Origin: Janthinobacterium sp. 1_2014MBL_MicDiv
GTDB lineage: Bacteria > Pseudomonadota > Gammaproteobacteria > Burkholderiales > Burkholderiaceae_D
DNA: 32,000 bases
Direction of reading: 5' to 3'
Assembly (NCBI RefSeq): GCF_001865675.1
Contig: NZ_CP011319.1
Location: forward strand, 1,318,099-1,350,098
Position 1 is the first letter of the stretch, and each line of letters opens with the position of its first letter. Position numbers and translations under genes: made by a program. Below the pieces are notes generated by a model. The model was not told where the DNA came from and made no database searches. It worked only from the letters and a program-made list of their open reading frames with translations. Below, piece after piece: positions 1 to 8,723 of the stretch.

Positions 1-3000
1 TGGAAAGGGGCAACGCCGCAGAGCAATTCAAATTGAAATGGCGCCAGGAAGAGCATTCATCGAATCTATCGCTGGAAGCCTTTTTGGAACGCGTGCACCA
101 TTTAAAGATGCCCGCATATGAAGCTGGCGATGAATTCGATCCCATGGCCTACATTGACGCCGTCAGGGATACTGTGCGGTCGAAAGAAGGCTGGGTGGTC
201 GATGCCGACGATATCGTGCTCGGTTTCTTTTCATTTTCCAAATTCCTGATGTACCGCGACCTCGATCCGGCCATGTGGCCGGAAGGCGAGCTGACGAATC
301 AACCCTTGATGCGCAGTTTGTTATCCGATGGTTTTACAGCTGGTGCATCGAACATTCCCGAAGACGCCAACCTGGACGACTATATCGCACCGGCCGAGTT
401 GCTGCATATCGTCGATTGCGACAGTTCGCAAACGTTGGCCGTGCACGATGTACGCGCTGGCCGTAACTTGGTGATCCAGGGGCCGCCCGGTACTGGTAAA
501 TCTCAAACTATTGCTAATGTCATCGCGTCGGCGATTGCTGATGGCAAGACGGTGCTGTTCGTAGCGGAGAAAATGGCCGCCCTCGAGGTGGTCAAGCGGC
601 GATTGGACCAAGCCGGCGTTGGCGATGCCTGTATTGAATTGCATAGTAATAAAGCTAATAAGAAAATGTTTCTCGATGAGCTGCGCCGTACGTCTGAACT
701 AGGCTCCCCCAAGGGGGATGCGGCCACTACCTTGAACAGTCGGTTGCTGGTGGCGCGTGATCAACTCAACGCACACAGTACGCGCTTGCACTTGCGGCAC
801 CCTGCTGCCAGACTCACGCCCTATCAAGTGATCGGGGAATTGAGCAAATTGCGTCTGGAGCATGTCAAACCGGTGGATATCCGTTTGCAGCAGCCTGAAA
901 GCTGGTCGCCTGACGAGGTGCAGCAGCGGCTGGCAGTGGTTGAGGAATTGGCACAGCGCATCGTTGACATTGGCGAGCCGGGCGACCATCCATGGCGAGG
1001 TGTGGCGCTCAAGATGATACTTCCCAATGACGTGGAGCGCCTAGTGTCGCGCATCACGGCCATGCGGGCGCGCTGCAAGGATCTTGCTGAGCAACAGGCA
1101 GAGCTGGCTATGTCGCTCGATACGGTGGCACCGGCGGTGCTACGCGACCTTACCTATCTGGTGGCGCTGGCGCGCGACGTTGCTGCGGCCCCCAAGCTTG
1201 CCAACGAAGCCCTGCGGGCGCCAGAGTGGGGAGAGCAGGCGAATGCCCTAATGGCACTGGTCGACGATGGCCTCCAATTGCGGAGTGTGCAGGCCGCTCT
1301 GGAGGGAAAAATCCATGCAGACTCGTGGGAGATTGATGTGCTTGACTTGCGCCAGCGACTGGTTGGTTTGCCGCAGTACGCGAACGCACAGGCATTCGAA
1401 CGGGCGGTAGCGCTGCAAACGTTATTTAGCAAGCTCGACGGCGAGATTACTTTGCTCCGCCGTCTGCTCGGTGTCGATACTGCCAGCAAAATGGCAAGCT
1501 ACAGCGAGATCAATCGTCTGGTGTTGACGGCGCAGAAAGTGGCGACGGCACCGGATGTCAGTCCCGACGTGTTTGTTTCGACGGTATGGGATCAAGGCGT
1601 GGAACAGGCCGCCGACCTGGCGCAATGCGTGGTGGCGCTGGAAGCCTTACAGGCGCGGCTGGAAGGAAAAATCAGCAGCGATGCCTGGCAGCTTGATTTG
1701 TCTGGGGCGCGCCAGACTCTGGCCGCCCACGGCGACAGCCTGCTGCGTTTCGTCAGCAGCGAGTGGCGCGCTGCTAGCAAGCAGGTCAGGGGCCTGTTGC
1801 GTAACCCGGACACAGCACTGCCCGAACAGCTTGAAATTCTCGACCATCTTGGCGAAGCGAGAAAACTGCTGGAGCGAATTGAGTCAAACAACACATTTGG
1901 TAGCGGTGCGTTTGGTGCAGACTGGAAGGGGGGGCAATCGTGCGCAGCACCCTTACTGGCATTGGTGGAATGGATGCGCAGCTTGCGTGGCTTGGGGGCG
2001 CAGCCGCGCATTATCGCCAGCAAGCTGCCGGACCGCTCGGAAATCAGCCGTCGGGCTGCACTGCTGGAGAGCCTGTTGCAGGAAATCCGGCCTCTGCTAG
2101 ACGCGTTGTGGTTCAACGGCTGGAAAGACGAGCCCGCTTTTCGTGAGTGGGCTAGCGTGGAGGCCTCCGCCCTTGAGGTGGTGGCCGGGCAAGTGTCCCG
2201 GCTTGCATTTTGCCAGGCCGGCTGCCAAGCTGTGATGCCACATGTACCGCTTGACCTTTCAGGCAAGATCGCGCGCCTCGACTTGTTGATCGAAGTGCAG
2301 CAACTGCGCCGGCGCATTGATGCGAATAGCGAATTGGGCCGAGTTGCGTTTGGCACTCATTGGCAGGGGCCATTGTCCGACTGGGAGAATTTGCGCATCA
2401 GCACAGTGTGGATGGCATCCAAGTCTAGCCTGCGCCATATGGTCGCGCGTCACGATAATCGTACCGCGCCGCTACATCGCGCACTGGAGCTTGAAGCTGC
2501 ACAGGACAAGTTCGTGACTGAACTTGAAGAACTCTATAGCGAGTTATGCACCAATAGCGACAAGCTGTTTCAGGTGCCGGCTATTTTGGATTTGCCTGCC
2601 TTTGCCTTGCTCGGGCGTATGGCGGTGTGGATTGAATTTTCCGAAGAGTTGTCGAAGTGGGTGATCTACCGCGACCGCTGCTCCAAGGCGCGCCAGTTGG
2701 GTATCGGTGAAATTGTCACGCAACTGGAGGCTGGTGCCCTGATCCCAAGGGACGCCATGCGCACGTTCACAATGGCGTATTTCGAAGCGCTTTTTGCTGA
2801 TCAAGTACGCAGCGACGAGGCGCTGGCCCATTTTGACGGCCACCTCCATGGCCGCCTAGCGGCGGATTTTGCGCAGATGGACCGCCAGCGTATCGCGGCA
2901 TCCAGTCTGGAAGTGGTGCAAGCACACCATCGCCGTATTCCACAGGGAGGCGGTGCGATCGGTCCCTTGGGTGTGCTGCGCGGTGAAATGGCCAAACGTA

Positions 3001-5024
3001 AGGGGCATATGCCGATACGACGCTTGATGCTGCGTGCTGCGCCTGCCATCCAGGCGCTCAAGCCGGTATTTATGATGAGTCCACTATCAGTTGCCCAGTT
3101 CCTGCCTCCTGGGCAACTCAGTTTTGATTTATTGGTGATGGACGAGGCCAGCCAGATCCAGCCTGTGGATGCGCTGGGGGCTATTGCGCGCTCGCGCCAA
3201 GTCGTCGTCGTCGGTGATGAGCGGCAATTACCACCAACCAAGTTTTTTTCCAAGATGACCAGCGCAGAGCCCGATGAAGATGGGGACGATGATGCGCAAG
3301 TCTCCGATATTGAGAGCATTCTGGGGTTGTTTACCGCACGTGGATTGCCGCAACGCATGCTGCGTTGGCATTACCGCAGCCGGCATCAGTCCTTGATCGC
3401 CGTGTCGAATAGCCAATTCTATGAAAACAAGCTGTTTATCGTACCCAGTCCCTACACCCAAGAGGCGGGCATGGGTTTGCAGTTTCATCATATCGCTAAC
3501 GGCGTTTTTGATTCCGGCAATACCGGCACCAATGCGGAAGAGGCTAGAGTCATTGCCGTGGCCATTATCGAGCATGCGCGCAACTCACCGGAACACTCCT
3601 TGGGCGTGGCGACTTTTTCGGTCAAGCAGCGACGAGCCATCCAGGATGAACTGGAGTTGTTGCGCCGTGAGCATCAGGACGTGGAGCACTTTTTCCAGCA
3701 GCATGCCAGCGAGCCGTTTTTCATCAAGAACCTGGAAAACGTGCAGGGTGACGAACGTGATGTGATTTTCATCTCGGTTGGCTACGGGCGCAACAAGCTC
3801 GGTTACATGGCCATGCGCTTCGGTCCACTGAGTGCCGAGGGCGGTGAGCGGCGCCTTAATGTATTGATCAGCCGCGCCAAGCGCCGCTGCGAAGTGTTTG
3901 CCTCAATTACCGACGAAGATATTGATCTTGAACGTGCCAAGGGCCGGGGTGTGGTGGCCTTCAAGTTGTTTCTCCATTTCGCGCGTACGGGCAGGCTCGG
4001 CTTGTCGCGTGTATCTGGGCGCGAATATGACAGTCCGTTTGAGGTACAGGTGGCTGATGCAGTTAAGGCCTGCGGGTACGAAGTCCATCCACAAGTCGGC
4101 ATCGCCGGGTTTTTCATTGACCTGGGTATTGCCGACGCCCAGCATCCGGGCCGCTATCTGTTGGGTATCGAGTGCGATGGCGAGTCCTATCATGGCTCGC
4201 GCTCGGCGCGAGACCGCGATCGTTTGCGTCAGGCCGTGCTGGAAGACCATGGCTGGATCATCCACCGTATTTGGGGGCTCGACTGGTTTCAACGGCCTAA
4301 TAATGAGTTGCAGCGCTTGCTGAGGGCCATTGACGCCGCCAAGACTGAGCTGGCAGCGCGCGCTGAGCTCCATGGGAGGCAGGAGCGCAAGCCTGGCGTG
4401 TCGGTTGTTACCGTGGAGCGAGAAGATCATGCCGAGATTGGCTTGGAAAGGAATGGACCAAACAGGCCGGCGGCCTATGTAGAAGCGATCCCTGCCAAAC
4501 CTGCCTATGCTGATGAGCTGCATGAGATGTCGGTAGCGGCCTTGAGTGACCTAGTCAAGCAGATCGTCATCCTGGAGGGTCCCGTGCACGTCGATGAAGT
4601 CGTAGTGCGTCTGCGCGCTGCGTGGGGCTTGAAACGGACTGGCGCGCGCATCCAGGCAGCGGTGGAACGTGCCATCCAGGCCGCCATACGTTTCGATGGC
4701 ATAATTATGACAGAGCGTTTTTTGAGCATGGCCGATACCATCGTCAGCATCCGTGACCGCGGTGCCGTGGTTTCCGACACCTTGCGTAAACCCGACATGC
4801 TGCCACCGCAGGAAATCGATGTGGCGATCCTTGACACGTTGCAAAAAAATTATGGCGCAGGATTGGTCGAAATTGCCCAGTACGTGGCGCGCCTGTTCGG
4901 TTTTAAGGCCACCAGCCCGCAGTTGCGCGATACGATCCGCGTGCGCATCGATGATCTGCTGTTGCGCGGCTTGCTGCAGAAAAATGGTGAGGTGTTCGAA
5001 ATCAGGCGGCAGGACACCGTATAA
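1..5024 (+). CDS. Giant SF1B (Upf1/DNA2-like, COG1112-type) helicase fused to a DUF559/Vsr-like PD-(D/E)xK endonuclease-fold domain and a DUF3320-like C-terminal tail; 5-prime end lies outside the window
   Basis: Frame 3 is open from nt 3, with no stop before the TTG at 33, so the gene is truncated by the window edge. Helicase motifs: Walker A GPPGTGKS (nt 480-503), motif II LLVMDEASQ (D codon at 3141), VVVVGDERQLPP, RWHYRSRH, NVQGDERDVIFIS, GERRLNVLISRAKRR. The nuclease-fold signature is FFIDLGI...LLGIECDGESYH...RDRLRQAVLEDHGWIIHRIW (about nt 4030-4300). The tail EGPVHVDEVVVRLRAAWGLKRTGARI resembles DUF3320. The N-terminal FFSFSKFLMYRDL resembles the end of DUF4011. Confidence 0.85.
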   Translation, partial: ERGNAAEQFKLKWRQEEHSSNLSLEAFLERVHHLKMPAYEAGDEFDPMAYIDAVRDTVRSKEGWVVDADDIVLGFFSFSKFLMYRDLDPAMWPEGELTNQPLMRSLLSDGFTAGASNIPEDANLDDYIAPAELLHIVDCDSSQTLAVHDVRAGRNLVIQGPPGTGKSQTIANVIASAIADGKTVLFVAEKMAALEVVKRRLDQAGVGDACIELHSNKANKKMFLDELRRTSELGSPKGDAATTLNSRLLVARDQLNAHSTRLHLRHPAARLTPYQVIGELSKLRLEHVKPVDIRLQQPESWSPDEVQQRLAVVEELAQRIVDIGEPGDHPWRGVALKMILPNDVERLVSRITAMRARCKDLAEQQAELAMSLDTVAPAVLRDLTYLVALARDVAAAPKLANEALRAPEWGEQANALMALVDDGLQLRSVQAALEGKIHADSWEIDVLDLRQRLVGLPQYANAQAFERAVALQTLFSKLDGEITLLRRLLGVDTASKMASYSEINRLVLTAQKVATAPDVSPDVFVSTVWDQGVEQAADLAQCVVALEALQARLEGKISSDAWQLDLSGARQTLAAHGDSLLRFVSSEWRAASKQVRGLLRNPDTALPEQLEILDHLGEARKLLERIESNNTFGSGAFGADWKGGQSCAAPLLALVEWMRSLRGLGAQPRIIASKLPDRSEISRRAALLESLLQEIRPLLDALWFNGWKDEPAFREWASVEASALEVVAGQVSRLAFCQAGCQAVMPHVPLDLSGKIARLDLLIEVQQLRRRIDANSELGRVAFGTHWQGPLSDWENLRISTVWMASKSSLRHMVARHDNRTAPLHRALELEAAQDKFVTELEELYSELCTNSDKLFQVPAILDLPAFALLGRMAVWIEFSEELSKWVIYRDRCSKARQLGIGEIVTQLEAGALIPRDAMRTFTMAYFEALFADQVRSDEALAHFDGHLHGRLAADFAQMDRQRIAASSLEVVQAHHRRIPQGGGAIGPLGVLRGEMAKRKGHMPIRRLMLRAAPAIQALKPVFMMSPLSVAQFLPPGQLSFDLLVMDEASQIQPVDALGAIARSRQVVVVGDERQLPPTKFFSKMTSAEPDEDGDDDAQVSDIESILGLFTARGLPQRMLRWHYRSRHQSLIAVSNSQFYENKLFIVPSPYTQEAGMGLQFHHIANGVFDSGNTGTNAEEARVIAVAIIEHARNSPEHSLGVATFSVKQRRAIQDELELLRREHQDVEHFFQQHASEPFFIKNLENVQGDERDVIFISVGYGRNKLGYMAMRFGPLSAEGGERRLNVLISRAKRRCEVFASITDEDIDLERAKGRGVVAFKLFLHFARTGRLGLSRVSGREYDSPFEVQVADAVKACGYEVHPQVGIAGFFIDLGIADAQHPGRYLLGIECDGESYHGSRSARDRDRLRQAVLEDHGWIIHRIWGLDWFQRPNNELQRLLRAIDAAKTELAARAELHGRQERKPGVSVVTVEREDHAEIGLERNGPNRPAAYVEAIPAKPAYADELHEMSVAALSDLVKQIVILEGPVHVDEVVVRLRAAWGLKRTGARIQAAVERAIQAAIRFDGIIMTERFLSMADTIVSIRDRGAVVSDTLRKPDMLPPQEIDVAILDTLQKNYGAGLVEIAQYVARLFGFKATSPQLRDTIRVRIDDLLLRGLLQKNGEVFEIRRQDTV

Positions 5025-5035
5025 GCCTGTCAGCA

Positions 5036-5076
5036 AGAAAAAAGCCCCGCCTGCATCGCTGCAGGCGGGGCTTTTG
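5036..5076. terminator. Bidirectional rho-independent terminator between the convergent helicase and phoH2 genes
   Basis: A perfect 13-bp stem, AGCCCCGCCTGCA (5043-5055) pairing with TGCAGGCGGGGCT (5060-5072), closes a 4-nt loop. An A-run precedes it and TTTT follows it, so it can function on both strands. Confidence 0.7.
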
Positions 5077-5110
5077 AATGACTGGGGCAGCGTGCGCCGC
5101 CCGCTGAAAC

Positions 5111-6928
5111 TTACAGCACTTCGCTGGCGTGGTCGGCCAGGCGCGAACGCTCGCCGCGGGCCAGGGTGACGTGGCCGCTGTGCGACCAGCCCTTGAAGCG
5201 GTCGACCACGTAGGTCAGGCCGCTCGAGCCTTCCGTCAGGTACGGCGTGTCGATCTGCGCGATGTTGCCCAGACACAGGATCTTCGTGCCGGGACCGGCG
5301 CGCGTGACCAGGGTCTTGACTTGCTTCGGCGTCAAGTTTTGTGCTTCGTCAATGATGAGGAACTTGTTGACGAAGGTGCGGCCGCGCATGAAGTTGAGCG
5401 ACTTGATCTTGATGCGCGAACGGATCAGGTCCTGCGTTGCCGCACGGCCCCATTCGCCGCCATCGGAGTCGGACTTGTTCAGCACTTCCAGGTTGTCGTC
5501 GAAGGCGCCCATCCATGGCGACATCTTTTCTTCTTCCGTACCCGGCAGGAAACCGATGTCTTCGCCGACAGGCACCGTCACGCGGGTGACGATGATTTCA
5601 TTGTAGAGCTTGGTTTCCAGCACTTGCGCCAGGCCGGCGGCCAGGGCCAGCAGGGTCTTGCCGGTGCCGGCCTGGCCCAGCAGGGTGACGAAGTCGCATT
5701 CCGGATTCATCAGCAGGTTCAGCGCGAAATTCTGCTCGCGGTTGCGCGCCGTCACGCCCCACACATTGTTCTTCGTGTGGCTGAAGTCGCGCAGGGTCTG
5801 CAGCACGGCCGTCTTGCCGTTGATCTGTTTTACCTGGCCGTAGAACGGTGCTTCGCCGTTTTTCGGTTCCAGGTAGATGAACTGGTTCACCAGCATCGAC
5901 GGCACGAACGGGCCCGTCACGCGGTAGAACGTGGAACTGTAGCCATTCTTGCTTTCCTGCCAGGATTCCATGTCCTTGCCGTGCTTGTTCCAGAAATCGT
6001 CCGGCAGCTGCACGATGCCCGAGTACAGCAAGTCCGTGTCTTCCAGCACATGGTCATTGAAGTAGTCTTCGGCCGGCAAGCCCAGGGCGCGCGCCTTGAT
6101 GCGCATGTTGATGTCTTTCGACACCAGCACCACGGGGCGGCCTTCCTGTTCCGATTCCAGCGAGCGCACGACGGCCAGGATCTGGTTGTCGGCCTTGCCG
6201 ACTGGCAAGCCTGCCGGCAGGTCGGCGCTTTGCAGGCGCGTCTGGAAGAACAACCGGCCCTTGGCGTCCTTGTTGCCCAGCTTGGACAGCGGGATGCCGT
6301 GTTCGATGGCGTCGTCGTCCGTGTTGCTGATCAGAGCGTCCAGGGTGCGCGATACCTGGCGGGCATTGCGCGCCACTTCCGTCATGCCCTTCTTGTGGTT
6401 GTCCAACTCTTCCAGGGTCATCATCGGCAGGTACACATCGTGTTCCTCGAAGCGGAACAGCGACGATGGATCGTGCATCAGCACGTTGGTGTCGAGCACG
6501 AACAGCTTGGACAGGCCGCGCTGGTCGGCGGCGCGGCTGACGGACGACTTGAGCTGTACTTCGACCGCCTTGTGCTTGGCCGGATGCGGCTGCTCTTGCT
6601 TGACGGACTTGATCGGCGTGACCTTGGCGCTCGGCACCTCGGCCTTGGCTTTCGCCGCCGGCTTGGCCTTGGGAGCGGCGGCAGGCGCGGCTGCCACCGG
6701 CGCTGGCGCAGGCACGGGCTTGGCGACCATCAGGGCCGCCACTTGCTTGATCTTGGTGGCCGCATTGCGGACCGGCTTGGCTACTTCGGCGATCGCCGCT
6801 TCAATAATTGGTGCGGCCACTTTCTTGGCTGCCGGGGTTTTGGTGGCCGGGCGCGCTGCGCCTGCGGTTGGGTAATCTTGGGTGGCCAGGATGGTGGCTG
6901 GCTTGCTCGGTAATTTTGGCAGTGGCAT
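5111..6928 (-). CDS. PhoH2-type protein: PIN-like domain plus PhoH-family P-loop ATPase, with a long Ala/Pro/Lys-rich N-terminal extension
   Basis: The PIN-like start is LFVLDTNVLMHDP. The PhoH P-loop is LLGQAGTGKT, the Walker B is FLIIDEAQNLTP, and LGNIAQIDTPYL is also present. I chose the ATG at 6928 (MPLPKLP...) as the start. The ORF track extends to a GTG at 6991 that has no Shine-Dalgarno sequence (SD). Confidence 0.85.
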   Translation of the reverse strand: MPLPKLPSKPATILATQDYPTAGAARPATKTPAAKKVAAPIIEAAIAEVAKPVRNAATKIKQVAALMVAKPVPAPAPVAAAPAAAPKAKPAAKAKAEVPSAKVTPIKSVKQEQPHPAKHKAVEVQLKSSVSRAADQRGLSKLFVLDTNVLMHDPSSLFRFEEHDVYLPMMTLEELDNHKKGMTEVARNARQVSRTLDALISNTDDDAIEHGIPLSKLGNKDAKGRLFFQTRLQSADLPAGLPVGKADNQILAVVRSLESEQEGRPVVLVSKDINMRIKARALGLPAEDYFNDHVLEDTDLLYSGIVQLPDDFWNKHGKDMESWQESKNGYSSTFYRVTGPFVPSMLVNQFIYLEPKNGEAPFYGQVKQINGKTAVLQTLRDFSHTKNNVWGVTARNREQNFALNLLMNPECDFVTLLGQAGTGKTLLALAAGLAQVLETKLYNEIIVTRVTVPVGEDIGFLPGTEEEKMSPWMGAFDDNLEVLNKSDSDGGEWGRAATQDLIRSRIKIKSLNFMRGRTFVNKFLIIDEAQNLTPKQVKTLVTRAGPGTKILCLGNIAQIDTPYLTEGSSGLTYVVDRFKGWSHSGHVTLARGERSRLADHASEVL

Positions 6929-7218
6929 CAGGATCTCAATCAAAAAATTTCTGGAATGAATCGCCCATGGGCAGCCAGCTTCTGGCGGCACTTCTCATGG
7001 GGTGGATGCGGGGGAAACAACAATGCTACAGGACGAATAACTGCCGGAAGGCCGGCGGCATGGCCGGTCATGGACGCCATCGGCGGGCTACAGGCCCGCC
7101 TGGCGGAGTGGGTAGAGGCGCTTCGTTGACTCAAAATGGCGATAGATACCGTGAACTGAACTGCGGTTGAACCAGGCTCGCTGGAAGCCGACAACGCGCA
7201 TTGGATCAAAACAGACGA

Positions 7219-7689
7219 TCAATTCAGATGCGCTACGAATTCCAGCACTTCTTCCACGTGAGTTGCGACCTTCACGCCTCTCCATTCTTTCACCAATCGG
7301 CCCTGGGCGTCAATCACAAACGTGCTGCGTTCGACGCCGCGCACGGTCTTGCCGTACATCTGTTTCATCTTCATGACGTTAAACAGCAGGCAAACGGCCT
7401 CGTCGGGGTCGGAAATGAGCTCGAATGGCAGCTCCAGCTTGGCCTTGAAGCTTTCGTGCGAGCGCAGGGAATCGCGGCTGATGCCGTAGATTTCCACGCC
7501 GGCGGCGACGAATTGCGGATAGGCGTCGCGAAACGCAATGTTTTCGGTGGTGCAACCCGGGGTATTGTCCTTCGGATAGAAAAACAGGACCGTGGCCTTG
7601 GCCGGACGGCCCAGCAACTGAAAGGTTTTGCCGCTGGTCATTGCGGCGCTAAAGTCGGGCATGCTAACGAGGGATTGGCTATCAGCCAC
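7219..7689 (-). CDS. bcp: Thiol peroxidase Bcp/PrxQ (peroxiredoxin)
   Basis: Contains the peroxidatic-Cys motif FFYPKDNTPGCTTE and is 156 aa, the typical size. The GTG start at 7689 is preceded by AGGAGA about 6 nt upstream. Confidence 0.9.
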   Translation of the reverse strand: MADSQSLVSMPDFSAAMTSGKTFQLLGRPAKATVLFFYPKDNTPGCTTENIAFRDAYPQFVAAGVEIYGISRDSLRSHESFKAKLELPFELISDPDEAVCLLFNVMKMKQMYGKTVRGVERSTFVIDAQGRLVKEWRGVKVATHVEEVLEFVAHLN

Positions 7690-7763
7690 AGGTTCTCTCC
7701 TGAACGGTGATCATCAGCGCTGTTTTTAAACTGGCAACGCATCCAGGTGCAACAATACAGCAT

Positions 7764-8723
7764 TCAGGCCGCTTTGCCCTGCACAATCAGGCGTCCCGAA
7801 CGGCCTGGCAGCTCATCCCAGGTGATGGGGCAAACGGGCAGGTCGGTATTTTTTATCTTTTCATAATAATCGCCCATCGATGCGAACTGGTAGCCCTGGG
7901 CTTTCCAGCCAGTCAGCAATTGTTCGAAAATGGGGGCGAGTTTCTGTCCTTCAAGTTCCGCATGCAAGGTATACACGTGGTCGCGCGGCATGTCCGCCGT
8001 CAGCGACAGGATATGCGCGGCCACATTGCCGGTCGTGATCAGCTTGCCGTCGATTTCGCAGCCCAGCAGCTCGTCCAGGGTGGGCAAGGTGGTTGGCAAT
8101 TGCACGCACTGGAGTATCGTGTTGCCATTGCGCACGCGATGCGGACCTTGCGACGGCTGCGCCATGGCGCCGCGCGCGTCGAGCATGGCGCGGCCATCGG
8201 AAGCGTAGCGGTAGCCGGCCGTGTCGTGCTCGACAAAGGCGCTGACATTCATCTGCCAGCCGGCAGCACCGTGCGTGCGTGCCGGCGTGCCGAACACCTG
8301 CGCGTAGCGGTTGGCGGCCTTGCGCATCATGGCGATGGTCCAGGCGGCGTTGCGCTTGGCCACGTTGTCTTGCCACAAGGTGTGGTCCCACGTGTGGATG
8401 CCGCACTCGAAACCGGCGTCGCGCACGGCGCGCAGTTGCGCCGCGCATTGCTTGCCGATATCGGGGCCCGGCAGCAAGGTGCCATACATCAATGTTTTCA
8501 AGCCATAGTGCTCGACCACGGAAGTCCGCGACACCTTGCTGAAAAAGCCGGGCCGCAAGGCGCGCCGCAAGGCCCAGCCCGTATGGTCGGGGCCCAGCGA
8601 GAACAGAAAGGTGGCGTTGGCCTGGTGCGCGCCCAGCATGCGCACCAGGTTGCCCATACCTTCGCGGGTGCCGCGATAGGTATCGACGTCGATTTTCAGG
8701 GTCAGGAACGGCTTGCTCAACAT
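7764..8723 (-). CDS. arnD: 4-deoxy-4-formamido-L-arabinose-phosphoundecaprenol deformylase (polysaccharide deacetylase family), ArnD-like
   Basis: The N-terminus is NodB/polysaccharide-deacetylase-like (LKIDVDTYRGTREG). It is the last gene of the arn cluster, and its start overlaps the upstream stop by 1 nt (TAATG at 8721-8725). Confidence 0.8.
   Translation of the reverse strand: MLSKPFLTLKIDVDTYRGTREGMGNLVRMLGAHQANATFLFSLGPDHTGWALRRALRPGFFSKVSRTSVVEHYGLKTLMYGTLLPGPDIGKQCAAQLRAVRDAGFECGIHTWDHTLWQDNVAKRNAAWTIAMMRKAANRYAQVFGTPARTHGAAGWQMNVSAFVEHDTAGYRYASDGRAMLDARGAMAQPSQGPHRVRNGNTILQCVQLPTTLPTLDELLGCEIDGKLITTGNVAAHILSLTADMPRDHVYTLHAELEGQKLAPIFEQLLTGWKAQGYQFASMGDYYEKIKNTDLPVCPITWDELPGRSGRLIVQGKAA

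Noticed and set aside
5129-6913. Long antisense ORFs opposite real genes: 5129-6913, 7707-8726, 8744-9757, 9801-10811, 10799-11788, 11881-12966, 13514-14818, 15537-16334, 16847-18079, 19459-21042, 25820-26713, 27136-28266, 29151-30059 and 29815-30903
   Set aside because: Each lies opposite a gene with strong motif support. Their translations are dominated by R, A, G, H, D and Q and contain no recognisable motifs. Stop codons are rare on the antisense strand when GC3 is high, so these ORFs are expected artefacts.
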